A stretch of DNA of 64,000 bases from an uncultured Alphaproteobacteria bacterium (GCA_964406405.1 CAYORN010000002.1:10-64009); one strand, 5' to 3'. Numbered from the stretch's first letter, positions 27,658 to 38,594 are shown. A program made the numbers and translations. Notes: a model not told the origin generated them from the letters alone.

Positions 27658-29048
27658 CACGTCAGACAATGCACATTCAAAGAGATCAGAACATGAGAGC
27701 AGTCACGATCTGCGTATGGCTTCTGCTCGGTTGCGCAGCTTTCTTCGCCCCTGCTCAGGCCCAAGAGACACAAGTTCCACTTGATTCGGCCGGGCGCCTC
27801 CAGGTGATGGACGCTGCCACAGCCCAACGACTGCGACTTTTTTTGGACTATCCCGGCTTCGAGGAGGCGCGGCTGTATCAGTCCGCCGACAGCAGCTATG
27901 TGCTGGAGATCAGCTATCGGCAAGCCGACAAACTTCTGAAGGAGCGCAAGCCGCTGACTGTCGGAGACGTGACGCAGCTGCGAATGGATGTTTCGCGACG
28001 CATCCGCTCGGAGATGCCGTCAGCCGGCGTGAATCAAGAGGGGCGCTCCAAGCTGCTTGTCGGAACGACGCTGCTCGGTCTCTGCTATTATGGGTGGGCA
28101 GTGCCGGCGATCATGCAAGTAGAAGACGATGGCAAGACGATCGGCGCGATTTACATGCTAACGAGCAGCGCCTCATTTCTCGTGCCATATTTGATTTCAC
28201 GCAACACCTCGATTACGGATCCGCAAGCGAGCGCGGCCCTCTACGGCGGATCGCGCGGAATTTTGCACGGATTCGCACTATACGGCGCCGTTGCGGATGG
28301 CCACGGCAGCGGTGAAGCGGCATTCGCCACCAGCATGGTGGTCAGCGTGGGCGAAATGATCGGCGGGTATCAGGCGGCCAAGCGCCACGATTGGAGTGCC
28401 GGCCATGTGTCCACAATGGGCGCGTGCAGCGATTATGGCATCGTGGTCGGCGCTGCTACCGGATTACTGGTGACTGAGGGGATTAGCGATGACGACCATC
28501 GCACGCGTGCGGTCTCTGCCGGTGTGCTGGCAGGCGCCGTGGGCGGCGCGATCCTTGGCAATGCTTTGACCCAGCAGCAGGAATACACTACGGGCGACGC
28601 GTACGTATTGCGCGAGACCGGACTACTTGGGCTGGGAGCAACGATGGCCGCCGCTGACTTGGCTGATGCAAATGCCGAGGGGTTTGAAATCGCGGCCATT
28701 GCCGGCCCGGCCATCGGCGTTTGGGCTGGTCATCGTCTGACGCGCCCGGTGAATTTTACGCCGTCGCAAGGAACTTTGATTGGCTTGAGCGAATTAGGCG
28801 GAGCGCTGATCGGTTTGGGCACAGCCTATCTTGTGGACGCCAAGGACGCGGGAGAGTATCTGTTGCTCGGCACCCTTGGCGGAACGATTGGCTTCGGTCT
28901 CGCTTACCATTCCTTTTCGCGCGCCGCACAGGCACAGCCGCGGCACTCCCTGTGGGATCTTCAGGTTGCTCCGCAGAGTTTGATGACGTATGACCGTGAC
29001 GGTGCGCGACGGGTCGTGCCGGGCGCAAAGATGACAATTCAGTTCTAA
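27654..29048 (+). CDS. Hypothetical secreted/membrane protein with Gly-zipper-like hydrophobic segments; translationally coupled to mutS2
   Basis: Signal-like MRAVTICVWLLLGCAAFFAPAQA|Q. Multiple GxxxG-rich segments. Ends ...MTIQF with a C-terminal Phe, as outer-membrane beta-barrel proteins do. ATGA overlap with the mutS2 stop. Confidence 0.4.
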   Translation: MTRQTMHIQRDQNMRAVTICVWLLLGCAAFFAPAQAQETQVPLDSAGRLQVMDAATAQRLRLFLDYPGFEEARLYQSADSSYVLEISYRQADKLLKERKPLTVGDVTQLRMDVSRRIRSEMPSAGVNQEGRSKLLVGTTLLGLCYYGWAVPAIMQVEDDGKTIGAIYMLTSSASFLVPYLISRNTSITDPQASAALYGGSRGILHGFALYGAVADGHGSGEAAFATSMVVSVGEMIGGYQAAKRHDWSAGHVSTMGACSDYGIVVGAATGLLVTEGISDDDHRTRAVSAGVLAGAVGGAILGNALTQQQEYTTGDAYVLRETGLLGLGATMAAADLADANAEGFEIAAIAGPAIGVWAGHRLTRPVNFTPSQGTLIGLSELGGALIGLGTAYLVDAKDAGEYLLLGTLGGTIGFGLAYHSFSRAAQAQPRHSLWDLQVAPQSLMTYDRDGARRVVPGAKMTIQF

Positions 29049-29066
29049 CGGGAATTTTCGCACAGC

Positions 29067-30050
<984 letters not shown>

Positions 30051-30064
30051 CCATTACTTGCTTC

Positions 30065-30104
30065 ACAAAGAAAGGCAGCCGGAAGGCTGCCTTTCTTTGT
30101 TTAC
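30065..30104. terminator. Bidirectional rho-independent terminator between convergent genes
   Basis: Perfect 16-bp inverted repeat acaaagaaaggcagcc-ggaa-ggctgcctttctttgt with an A-run upstream and a T-run downstream. Confidence 0.8.
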
Positions 30105-30115
30105 GTAGACCGGGA

Positions 30116-31618
30116 TTACTTCAGATACAGCACCTTCGTCGTCTGCACGTTCGCGCCGTTCTCCAGCTTTACGAAATACAATCCGGTCGCCCCGATCGGG
30201 ATCCAGGAATAGGTGTGCATGCCGGGAGTCAAGCCGGTCAAGCGTTCCGTGGCCACTTCGCGACCCAATAGGTCAAAGATCCGCAGGGTGAGCGCCTTGG
30301 CTGAGCCGACTTCGTAGCGAATCTGCGCCACGCTGTTGAACGGATTCGGATAAGCGCCCAGCAACCGGAAGTCTTTCGCGCTCGCCGCGTCGTGGGGGTT
30401 GTCCGCTGACAGCGTGTGAATATCGGCCGTGCTGCGCGGCGTGATTTGATACCCCTCCGAATGCGGCGGCGTATTGTCGTACTGCGTAATGATACCGACG
30501 ACGTTGAACGCGCCTTGCGGCTCCGGCGAGCCGTCAATATTCGTGTCGTCGTCAATGCGCATGATCATGGTGCCCTGCCCGTCCTGAATCGTCAGATTGG
30601 CGAATTGCCCTTGGCCCGGCCAATCGCCGCTGATGATCGTCACATTATCAATTTCCGCCAGCATGCCTTCGTACGCTTCAAAGTACGAACTCGTGTTCAG
30701 CAGCGCCGGGGCCGGTGGATCCACGTGATTCGTCCGCAGCACCTGAAAGACGCAGTTGCCCGATCCTGATGACAGAAGTTCCGTCAATCCGTTGTACTGG
30801 CCGACCCAACCGGAGACCGTCAGGCAGTCGCCGGCCACGATGTTTGCCGGAACGGTGCCGCGGAAGATGTTCACGCCCGCGTCTTCATCCTGCATGAAGA
30901 AGCTGGATTGCGTGAGACTGTCGAGCGTATAGTTGTCCACATTCACGATGCCATTGACGACCACGAACGACCCCATTAGTACCGGTACGCCGTTAGCGTC
31001 GTTTTCACGCACGTCGCTCAGGATTACGTACTGCGGGTCACACGGCACACCGCTGTTGGGCGCACCCGGCGTCAGCGTTTCGGTAATCGTCCAATCCGCG
31101 CCGTTGTCATCCGTGTCCTGATGATCGGGAATCCGCGCAATCGCTTTGTTCACACCCTGCGACGGGAACGGATCAGGCGCGTTGGTGCCGCCTTCGCCTT
31201 CGCAGTTGTCCGGAGTGACGCAGACGCCGTAGCACACGTGGTCCACGACCACGCTACTGGCATTCCGCAAATCAATGCCGTCGCAGTCATCGCCCGACGA
31301 CGAACCGGCGTTCTGAAAATCTGCCGTGACGACCTGATCCACATTCGCTACTGCGCTGCCGCCCACCACGTAATACCCATCCGCGGGAATGGTCCCGGTC
31401 AATGGCACTGTCAAATATGAATCGCCGTTGTTGCCGTTAATTCCCACCAGCGTCCAGCCAGCCAGATTTGTGCCCGGCGCACCCCAGATCTCCGTGAACA
31501 TGATCGTGGGATCGTCCGTGCCCTGCGTGTCATAGAGAAACTCGTTGAGTACTTGCGCTGAAGCGAAAGACGCTAACGCGCAGAATACCAGAAGAAAAAG
31601 AAACAATTTGCGTGACAT
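30116..31618 (-). CDS. T9SS-secreted hypothetical protein with a C-terminal Por sorting domain
   Basis: Signal MSRKLFLFLLVFCALASFASA|Q with an AGGAG RBS 5 nt upstream of ATG 31618. C-terminus YPNPFNSVAQIRYEV...LRIFDLLGREVAT...GLYFVKLENGANVQTTKVLYLK. Confidence 0.6.
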   Translation of the reverse strand: MSRKLFLFLLVFCALASFASAQVLNEFLYDTQGTDDPTIMFTEIWGAPGTNLAGWTLVGINGNNGDSYLTVPLTGTIPADGYYVVGGSAVANVDQVVTADFQNAGSSSGDDCDGIDLRNASSVVVDHVCYGVCVTPDNCEGEGGTNAPDPFPSQGVNKAIARIPDHQDTDDNGADWTITETLTPGAPNSGVPCDPQYVILSDVRENDANGVPVLMGSFVVVNGIVNVDNYTLDSLTQSSFFMQDEDAGVNIFRGTVPANIVAGDCLTVSGWVGQYNGLTELLSSGSGNCVFQVLRTNHVDPPAPALLNTSSYFEAYEGMLAEIDNVTIISGDWPGQGQFANLTIQDGQGTMIMRIDDDTNIDGSPEPQGAFNVVGIITQYDNTPPHSEGYQITPRSTADIHTLSADNPHDAASAKDFRLLGAYPNPFNSVAQIRYEVGSAKALTLRIFDLLGREVATERLTGLTPGMHTYSWIPIGATGLYFVKLENGANVQTTKVLYLK

Positions 31619-31628
31619 GGTCACTCCT

Positions 31629-31660
31629 GAAAAAATGAAAATGATAATTGAAATTCAGAT
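31629..31660. repeat. Degenerate heptad/A-rich repeat (GAAAAAAT-GAAAATG-ATAATTGAAATTC) at a gene junction
   Basis: gaaaaaatgaaaatgataattgaaattcagat between the 31618 start and the 31667 stop of the same-strand neighbours. Confidence 0.45.
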
Positions 31661-31666
31661 GGATGG

Positions 31667-33286
31667 CTACTGCCGCGTATCCACGTACTGCCACCGCCCG
31701 TCGAGTTTCGGCTGGAGCGGCGAGAACTCCTTGATGTATTCGAGCACCGCGTCGCGCATGTACACGCCCGTCTCGACCGCCGCCTGACTGCGCAGCGCGG
31801 CGAGCTTCTCCATGCCCGAATTGCCTTCGAGCAGGTAGTCCGTGGTCACCAGCCGGTAGGTCGCGTTCGGGTCAACAGGCTTGCTGCCGATCTCGAGCGA
31901 GACTACGCGGTCGCCGGGCGGGCGCGAGCGATCCACCTTGACGCGCAGGCCGCTGATGTAAAGACCACTGCCACCGTACGCGACCTTTTCTTCGATCAGG
32001 TCTTTCAAGAACTGCCCGCTCACCTGCACGGCGCCGAGCGTGTTATCAAACGGCAGCACATTGAACACATCGCGCGGCGTAATGATTCCCGACGGCAGAT
32101 CGGTCCGTACGCCGCCCTTGTTCGTAATCGCCAGATCACCCTTCAACTTCCACTGCATCGCGTCGCAGATCAGATTGCCCAAGAGCGACTCCGATTCGCC
32201 GGAGCGCGTGATCGGGATGATCGCTTCGCCGATCTTTTCGTTGAACCCGGTCTCGACGCGCGCGGCCACCGTGTCAATTGTTTCGGCAATCTTGCGGTCG
32301 CGCGGGAAGCGGTCGGACAGCAGCGTGATCAGCGTTCCTTCGTCGTCGAGGTTCTTCCATTTCACAAGCTTCTTCGTATCGAGATCAAAAACCAATTCAA
32401 CAACCAACAAATTCGTGCCCCGCCCGTAACCTTGAAAACAGGGCGTGTGCGTGACCGGATCCACCCACGGCGTTTCGTAGCCGACGTGAATATCTCCGGC
32501 GAACAGCACATCAATTCCCGGCACGCGCCGCGCGAGTTCGAACGAGTTGCGCGCGTAATCCGATGTCCAGCCCTCCTTCTCATGCTGCTCGAGTTCATCC
32601 CACGCCTGCCAGCGATCAAAGGGCAAGCCCAAATGGCACGCGGCGATCACAATGTCCGCGCCCTGCGCGCGCAGCGAATCCTTTTGACTCGTTAATGCCG
32701 TCACCTCGGGTGCAAAGTAGAGATTGCGGATGTTCTCTTTGAAGGCCTCGCGGACCGTGCCGCCGGTCGTGATGCCCACAATGCCGACCTTCATCGCGCC
32801 GAAATCCTTCAGCAGCGTCGGCCGGGCGAAATAGGTGTGAACGCCATTTGTCGTGTCGTAAACGTTAGCCGACAGCGTGGGGAACTCGGCCTGCTTCATC
32901 AGCGCTTCGGGCACGTCGCGTCCCAAATCGAACTCGTGATTGCCCAGCACCCATGCGTCATACCCGACCGCGTTCATGTAGCGCATGACCGCTTCGCCCT
33001 TGGATTTCGTGCCGACCAAAGTTCCTTGGAAGATGTCCCCCGTATCGAGCAGCAGGAATCCCTTGCCGCTTGCCTTGCAGTAGCCGCGCAGATATTGAAT
33101 GAGCCGCGCTGCTGATGCGCCGCCGCCTAATTGCGGCGGAAACTCGGGATTCATAAAGGTCGCTTCGGAGGAGTCCACCCCGCCGTGAACGTCATTCGTG
33201 TGTGCGACCACCAGCGACCACGTGCCGCCTGCGGATGCCAGCCCTGCGGACGCCAGGAGCGTTAATATAAAAAGGAAATGTTTCAT
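31667..33286 (-). CDS. Bifunctional metallophosphatase / 5'-nucleotidase (UshA-like), secreted
   Basis: Calcineurin-like motifs HTNDVHGG, LLLDTGDIFQG, GNHEFD. C-terminal 5'-nucleotidase substrate-binding domain. Signal peptide. Confidence 0.8.
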   Translation of the reverse strand: MKHFLFILTLLASAGLASAGGTWSLVVAHTNDVHGGVDSSEATFMNPEFPPQLGGGASAARLIQYLRGYCKASGKGFLLLDTGDIFQGTLVGTKSKGEAVMRYMNAVGYDAWVLGNHEFDLGRDVPEALMKQAEFPTLSANVYDTTNGVHTYFARPTLLKDFGAMKVGIVGITTGGTVREAFKENIRNLYFAPEVTALTSQKDSLRAQGADIVIAACHLGLPFDRWQAWDELEQHEKEGWTSDYARNSFELARRVPGIDVLFAGDIHVGYETPWVDPVTHTPCFQGYGRGTNLLVVELVFDLDTKKLVKWKNLDDEGTLITLLSDRFPRDRKIAETIDTVAARVETGFNEKIGEAIIPITRSGESESLLGNLICDAMQWKLKGDLAITNKGGVRTDLPSGIITPRDVFNVLPFDNTLGAVQVSGQFLKDLIEEKVAYGGSGLYISGLRVKVDRSRPPGDRVVSLEIGSKPVDPNATYRLVTTDYLLEGNSGMEKLAALRSQAAVETGVYMRDAVLEYIKEFSPLQPKLDGRWQYVDTRQ

Positions 33287-33308
33287 TCGTGTTTGGCTCT
33301 CTCAGACA

Positions 33309-34595
33309 TCACAGCTCGTAGCGCAGGGAAATCATGCCGCGAAACAGCGCCGTTTCCACGCGATCCGCGTCGCTGCGATTGGTGTCGCCGTACAGCCACT
33401 GTGGAAACAGATCGGCGTTCATGTAGTTGAGCTTGCCCAGTTCGACGCCGAAATCGCCGTGCAGTTTTTGCAGCGTGAACCCGATGCCGGCGGTGAACAG
33501 CGTCGTGGCGCGGTCCTTATCCTGCGGCGCGGTGCCGTACACAAATCCCAGCCGCACCGGCGCGCCGGGGACAATCTGCTGCTCCACGCCCACGCGCAGC
33601 TCAAAAGTATCATTCCAGTCCGAATGCACGTCACTGTAGGTAATCCAATCGCCTTCAAACATTAGCAGCGGCCGGTATTCGCCTTGCGGACGATATTGCA
33701 GGCTGCCGCCGATCCGCGTCGGATAGGTCACGCTCACGGTAGAGGAAACGAACGCGGAGGAATCAATGTAGGTCGAATAGCTGTTGTCGGAAACGGTCTG
33801 CTTGATCTTGAACTCGCCGGGGATTAGCGCCCGCACTCCGACGGACACGCGTTCGCTCAGAGTCACAAGCGTTCCCACGGCAAATTCGGCGGCCGTGCCA
33901 TCCGGCTTGTAAGTTGCGCGATTCACGTAACGCAGATCCGTCAGCCCCGCGTCCTCCGCCGCCAGCGAATCGGCATAGAACACGCCGCGCTCGTAGTCCC
34001 AGCTTCCGAACAAGCTGCTGACTGAAAACCCGAACGACGCTTTACCGCTGGCCCCCGCCGCACCAAAGGAAATGCTGCGTAGATCGCCCGCGATGTCATA
34101 GCGGTTCTGTCCCAGTTTCAAATCCTGAATGCCGCCGCTCGTCGTGCGACTGCGCACCTCTTCGTGATAAGTATAGTCGAAGCGATACGCGGAGTAGGTG
34201 CCGAGCGAGAGCACGAGCGCATCCAGCTTGGAGGTCTTGACGCGATAGGCCGCGCCGCCGTCAAAGCGGGAGTACAGATGATCGTTAACCGCATAGTTGT
34301 TGTAATCGAGCACGCCTTCGAACGCGTCATAGTACGGATACTTGCGGTTTTCGGTGACGCGCGACACGTCGCCGTTCAGGTCCACGCGCCACGTGGTGGA
34401 CTGATTGACGAGCGTGGCCGGATTGCCCATCAACGAGGCCGGACCAGCTTCAGACGTAAGCAGGCAGTGCCCGAGGGATAACGCGCGCGCCGAAAAGGCG
34501 CCCGGCCGCGAGCCTAAGAACGGATCGGGATATGGCGATTGAGCCAACACCGACGATGCGAGGAACAATGTGAGAATCAGAATCACTTTGCGCAT
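33309..34595 (-). CDS. Putative outer-membrane beta-barrel protein (FadL/PorV-like N-terminal block)
   Basis: Signal MRKVILILTLFLASSVLA|Q. ARALSLGHCLLTSEAGPASLMGNPATL resembles the FadL-type motif. Ends ...SLRYEL. Confidence 0.4.
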   Translation of the reverse strand: MRKVILILTLFLASSVLAQSPYPDPFLGSRPGAFSARALSLGHCLLTSEAGPASLMGNPATLVNQSTTWRVDLNGDVSRVTENRKYPYYDAFEGVLDYNNYAVNDHLYSRFDGGAAYRVKTSKLDALVLSLGTYSAYRFDYTYHEEVRSRTTSGGIQDLKLGQNRYDIAGDLRSISFGAAGASGKASFGFSVSSLFGSWDYERGVFYADSLAAEDAGLTDLRYVNRATYKPDGTAAEFAVGTLVTLSERVSVGVRALIPGEFKIKQTVSDNSYSTYIDSSAFVSSTVSVTYPTRIGGSLQYRPQGEYRPLLMFEGDWITYSDVHSDWNDTFELRVGVEQQIVPGAPVRLGFVYGTAPQDKDRATTLFTAGIGFTLQKLHGDFGVELGKLNYMNADLFPQWLYGDTNRSDADRVETALFRGMISLRYEL

Positions 34596-34606
34596 GAGCG
34601 GGGAAA

Positions 34607-34639
34607 GAAAATTGAAAAATGAAAATTGAAAATCGAAAT
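34607..34639. repeat. Heptad microsatellite GAAAATT-GAAAAAT-GAAAATT-GAAAATC-GAAAT
   Basis: gaaaattgaaaaatgaaaattgaaaatcgaaat between the 34595 start and the 34653 stop. Confidence 0.6.
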
Positions 34640-34652
34640 GTGTAGGAGAGGG

Positions 34653-35861
34653 CTACGTCTTGGCGACGTTTCCATCATCCGTTGCCGTCAGCTTGCGAAT
34701 CCCGCGATAAAGCCAGAAGAATCCGGCCATCATTGCCAACCAGCCGAGGAAACTGCGCCATGAAACCGGGCCTTTGCTAATGAAAAGAGCATAACGCTCG
34801 TTCATCTTGGATTCGTAGTACTCCCACCGCATCGGCGGCGAACCATACTTGTAAACGTGGCGCGTGGTGTCCAGCTTGGGACTCGCGTACAGTACTGAGT
34901 CATTCATCAGGACACGCATACTCGGTTTGTAGCCGTCATCCACGCCACCGAGAAATACCACGTCTTTGATGGTCCACGCCGGAGAATCCATTGGAGGGGA
35001 TCTATGTTCGGCTTCTTTCAACGAGGCAAAGAAGGCAGGCCATAGATCCTGAAAGTCGAGCACGACTCCCCAGCGCAGATCGCGGTCCAGTGGCCCGACG
35101 ATCCAGACTTTGAAACTTTCGCTTCTGGGTTCAAGATTGGAGATGCGCCGCACTTCATACGAGCCGATAGTGTCAATGGTGCCGCGCTCGTCTTTGCTCA
35201 GATCGGATTCGAAAAGCCGCGGGACTTGCGCAACGCCTTCAGCCAGCGACTCCTTTCGCGTGACCCATGTCAGCGACGGCCCCTCTTTGATGAAGACTGC
35301 CACGGGTTGCCCCAAACGCACTTCGATCTGCTGCGCCCACGCAAGCCGATCCTCCGCTTTGTCGGGTGGCAGATAGGGAATCAGTTCCCGCCCGCGGCCA
35401 AAAAAGAATCGTCCGAACTCAGACATCCCCACGCTGCCCGGCCTCGTCAGTTGCATGTTGGAGAACGAATCTGCCACAAAACGAAAGCCGATTCGTGAGT
35501 AAACGCCTAAAGCGATCAGCAAAATCAGAAACGACTGCACGCCCCAGTGAATGATCCGGGCATCGCGGCGAATCCGGGCTTTCAATGCCTCATCTATGCC
35601 GCTGACTGCAAGCGTGGTCTCGACGCTTGTTGCCGAATCGGCGGATTCAGGCTCTGTCAAGGAACGCAAGGCGTAGTAGTACCGTGCCAACGGAACCAGA
35701 AAGGCCAGCGGCAGCACGGTCAACCACAGAAACCCGCCGTGCTTTTCTTCGGAGAGCCACCACCACACGAGCAGCCCCGACAGCACCGGCACTCCAATCA
35801 TCAGTCGCCAGAAGCGGGCGGTAAACTCCCGGCGAATCTCAGACTTGCTGCGGTCATCCAT
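34653..35861 (-). CDS. Hypothetical integral membrane protein
   Basis: Three N-terminal and one C-terminal hydrophobic TM segments; no recognisable motifs. Confidence 0.4.
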   Translation of the reverse strand: MDDRSKSEIRREFTARFWRLMIGVPVLSGLLVWWWLSEEKHGGFLWLTVLPLAFLVPLARYYYALRSLTEPESADSATSVETTLAVSGIDEALKARIRRDARIIHWGVQSFLILLIALGVYSRIGFRFVADSFSNMQLTRPGSVGMSEFGRFFFGRGRELIPYLPPDKAEDRLAWAQQIEVRLGQPVAVFIKEGPSLTWVTRKESLAEGVAQVPRLFESDLSKDERGTIDTIGSYEVRRISNLEPRSESFKVWIVGPLDRDLRWGVVLDFQDLWPAFFASLKEAEHRSPPMDSPAWTIKDVVFLGGVDDGYKPSMRVLMNDSVLYASPKLDTTRHVYKYGSPPMRWEYYESKMNERYALFISKGPVSWRSFLGWLAMMAGFFWLYRGIRKLTATDDGNVAKT

Positions 35862-35884
35862 GACGACCTCCCTTAATACGGAAA

Positions 35885-37072
35885 CTACGCCGACTTCGCC
35901 AACGCCACCGCGCGCTGGGCGACCTCTTCAATCGGCGTTTCGATGCCGTGGAATTCGAGCTTTTGGAAAATCTCCGGCGACTCCGTGCGCGCCTGCTGGA
36001 AAATTTGCAGTCCCTCTTCCCACTTGTTGCCGGTCATGCGGACGACCATCGGTTTCGTCAGGCCGTGTTCGCGCAGGAACTGGACGACGCCCTTCGCAAA
36101 ATCATCGCAGCGCGAAATGCCGCCGAAGCGCGCGCCGAAGATTGCTTTCACTTGCGGGTTTTCATCGAGCAGCACCAGCATCTTGGCGATGCGCTCCGGC
36201 GACGGCCCGCCGCCGCTGTCCATGAAGTTTGCCGGTTTGCCGCCGTAATGGTGGATGAAATCGTTGCCCACGATGCCGAAACCTGCCCCACCGGGAAACA
36301 TGCCGATGTCGCCATCGAGATCCACATAAGGAATGCCCCATTCGCGCGCAACCTTCTCGCGCTCCGTGAGTTCGCCCTCTTCGTGCCGCTCACCGATCCC
36401 CATCTCCGCCACCTCGGGATGCCGGAACAGCGCGTCGTCATCGAGCGCAATCCGCGCGTCGGCGGCGATCCATTTTCCATCTTTGGTGCGAACGAGCGGA
36501 TTGATCTCCGCGACCTTGGCGTCAAGTTTTTTGAAGAGATTGAACAGCCGCACCGTGATGTCGGATACGCTCTTCAGATCGTTGCCGCTCAAGCCTAACG
36601 CCTGCGCCATTTGAATGCCGTGATAAGCGTAGATCGGATCGTCAATTTCGAACGGGATCTTGACGATTTTCTCGGGATTGGTGCGAGCCGTCTCCTCGAT
36701 CTCCACGCCGCCTTCCGCGCAGCCGATCAGCACGAGCTTGTAATTCGCGCGATCAATCGTCACGCCGAGATAAATTTCCCGCTCGATATCCAGCGCCGGT
36801 TCGATCAGAATCTTCTCGACTGGATAGCCTTTAATGGTCAGCGAGAAGATTTTTTTCGCGAACAGCTCCGCCTCGCTCTCCTCGTGAGCGACAATCACGC
36901 CGCCCGCTTTGCCGCGTCCGCCGGTGAGCACCTGCGCCTTGAGCACAACCGGAAAACCAATCTGTGGCGCGATGTTCGCCGCATCATTGGCAGTGGTAAC
37001 TACCGTTCCCTCGGAAACGGGAATCTTGAATTTCTTGAAGAAGGCTTTGCCTTCGTATTCGTAGAGTCGCAT
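35885..37072 (-). CDS. Succinate--CoA ligase beta-subunit-like ATP-grasp protein (SucC family; no adjacent alpha subunit)
   Basis: MRLYEYEGKAFFKKFKIPV (compare SucC MNLHEYQAK), VLKAQVLTGGRGKAGGV, LYLGVTIDR, IEINPL, VDLDGDIG..GAG. The start is moved to the internal ATG 37072, because the longer ORF merely translates the upstream heptad repeat as FSIFIFQFF. Confidence 0.65.
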   Translation of the reverse strand: MRLYEYEGKAFFKKFKIPVSEGTVVTTANDAANIAPQIGFPVVLKAQVLTGGRGKAGGVIVAHEESEAELFAKKIFSLTIKGYPVEKILIEPALDIEREIYLGVTIDRANYKLVLIGCAEGGVEIEETARTNPEKIVKIPFEIDDPIYAYHGIQMAQALGLSGNDLKSVSDITVRLFNLFKKLDAKVAEINPLVRTKDGKWIAADARIALDDDALFRHPEVAEMGIGERHEEGELTEREKVAREWGIPYVDLDGDIGMFPGGAGFGIVGNDFIHHYGGKPANFMDSGGGPSPERIAKMLVLLDENPQVKAIFGARFGGISRCDDFAKGVVQFLREHGLTKPMVVRMTGNKWEEGLQIFQQARTESPEIFQKLEFHGIETPIEEVAQRAVALAKSA

Positions 37073-37075
37073 CGG

Positions 37076-37103
37076 AAAAAATTGAAAAATGAAAATCGAA
37101 AAC
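37076..37103. repeat. Heptad microsatellite AAAAATT-GAAAAAT-GAAAATC-GAAAAC
   Basis: aaaaattgaaaaatgaaaatcgaaaacc between the sucC-like start and the gpx stop. Confidence 0.6.
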
Positions 37104-37117
37104 CTGTCAGTCACCGT

Positions 37118-37708
37118 TCATCGTTTCTCGATCAGCTCCTCGATCTTCCCCACCAGCGCCGGATCCTCCGGCTTCACCTTCTGCCCGTACCGCGCCACGA
37201 CCTTGCCGTGGCGGTCAATCAAGAACTTGTTGAAATTCCATGTGAGGTCCGCCGTCGAATCCGGCTGCGTGCGCAGATAGGCATACAAGGGATGAAGGTC
37301 GTCGCCCTTGACGCTGATCTTGGCCATCATCGGAAACTTGACGCCGTATTTCGACTTGCAGAACGTGGCAATCTCTTCGTTCGTCCCCGGTTCCTGCTTT
37401 GCGAAGTTGTTGGCCGGGAAACCGATGACGATCAGCCCGCGATCCTTGTACGTCTCGTAGAGCTTCTCCAGTCCTTCATATTGATAGGTGTAGCCGCATT
37501 CGCTCGCCACATTGACGATGAGGAGCACTTTTCCGCTGTAATCGGCCAGCGATCGCGGCTCGCCGCTAATCGTATTGAAGGGAATGAAGAAGTACGCGGG
37601 GTCGGGCATGGTACTATCCGGTGGTGTGGTTGGCTGCTCGGCATACGCGCAGGCGGCAAGCAGGACGGACACTAAGATTATGATAAACTGACTTCGCTTC
37701 CTGTTCAT
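37118..37708 (-). CDS. Glutathione peroxidase-family thiol peroxidase (lipoprotein)
   Basis: GPx signature LIVNVASECGYT and WNFNKFLI. Lipobox LLAAC. Confidence 0.8.
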   Translation of the reverse strand: MNRKRSQFIIILVSVLLAACAYAEQPTTPPDSTMPDPAYFFIPFNTISGEPRSLADYSGKVLLIVNVASECGYTYQYEGLEKLYETYKDRGLIVIGFPANNFAKQEPGTNEEIATFCKSKYGVKFPMMAKISVKGDDLHPLYAYLRTQPDSTADLTWNFNKFLIDRHGKVVARYGQKVKPEDPALVGKIEELIEKR

Positions 37709-37790
37709 CGTTCATCGCTCCTCGTTCATCGTTTCTTCCCTTCTCTGCTTCATCCTTCATCCCTCATCCTTCATCCTTTCTTCCACCGCC
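37700..37790. repeat. Tandem GATGAAC/GATGAAG heptamer repeats spanning an intergenic region and the 3' end of the DUF77 gene
   Basis: Plus strand cgttcatcgttcatcgctcctcgttcatcg...cttcatccttcatccctcatccttcatcc. A similar ttcatccttcatcc block lies at 57940-57975. Confidence 0.5.
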
Positions 37791-38068
37791 CGCACTTTGT
37801 CTTCCATGTCCACGACTTTATCGCGGCGGTCGTCAATCTTGATCACGGTTCCCACGCGCGGCGCGCCCATCGCAAACAGCGCCTCGTGCATCTTCTCGAT
37901 GATCTCGAAGCATACGTGGAGTTCGCCCTGCATCGTGGTGAACATCGGATCGAGGCGGTAGGTCACGCGCCCATCCTCGCGAATCACCCGCTCCGCCGCG
38001 GCGACCCATTCGCTGAGCGACGTGCCTTCAATCCCCGAGGGAGCTATGGAAACGGCGACGATGGGCAT
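37757..38068 (-). CDS. MTH1187/YkoF-family (DUF77) small thiamine/ligand-binding protein
   Basis: About 100 aa. MPIVAVSIAPSG...S.S.YVA, the typical N-terminal block of the family. Confidence 0.6.
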   Translation of the reverse strand: MPIVAVSIAPSGIEGTSLSEWVAAAERVIREDGRVTYRLDPMFTTMQGELHVCFEIIEKMHEALFAMGAPRVGTVIKIDDRRDKVVDMEDKVRAVEERMKDEG

Positions 38069-38099
38069 GGATTGATGAAAAAGGTGAAACCAAAATGAT

Positions 38100-38129
38100 C
38101 ACTAGCCAACACCCTCCCGGGTGTTGGTC
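38100..38129. repeat. REP palindromic element (left flank of RAYT, inverted orientation)
   Basis: cactagccaacaccctcccgggtgttggtc is the exact reverse complement of 38616-38645 and of 674-703. Confidence 0.8.
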
Positions 38130-38594
38130 TTATCGGAACCCATCAATACGATTTGACTGATCTATCACGAGATAATCCCGTGCGCTTGACCATTCATAAT
38201 TTACTTCGTCGGCCACCAATCCTGCTCTTACCGCGTTTTGGTGGACATAATGCAATTTTTCATGGAGCATCCCTTCGTCGGTTATCACCTCTGACCAGAA
38301 GCTCTGCTGCCATATTGGTCCATGACCGATACTCTTTGCCACAAAGCTCTTGAACCGATTCATCCACCGTGAAATCGTAAGCGCCACAAATGGCTTCACG
38401 GTCAAGTGAACGTGATCAGGCATAATGGCGAAACCATATACTGCCACATCTCCGCGAGTTCGGTAGAAGAGCAGAACTTCCATTAACTTCCGCACAAGGT
38501 CCGGATCCGCAAACAGCCGCAGCGGCGAATTCAATCGCGCTGTGACATAGTACGTATAGCCGGTATCTGAACGATTTTCAGGCACGCGGCGCAT
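38130..38594 (-). mobile_element. REP-associated tyrosine transposase (RAYT; IS200/IS605-like Y1 HUH transposase)
   Basis: 154 aa. HUH motif MPDHVHLTV and a catalytic Tyr block YVHQNAVRAGLV. Flanked on both sides, within 25 nt, by inverted 30-bp REP copies. Confidence 0.75.

Noticed and set aside
35885-37114. N-terminal extension MTDRFSIFIFQFF of the SucC-like ORF
   Set aside because: It is merely the translation of the intergenic GAAAAT heptad repeat. The conserved SucC N-terminus (MRLYEYEGK) begins at 37072.
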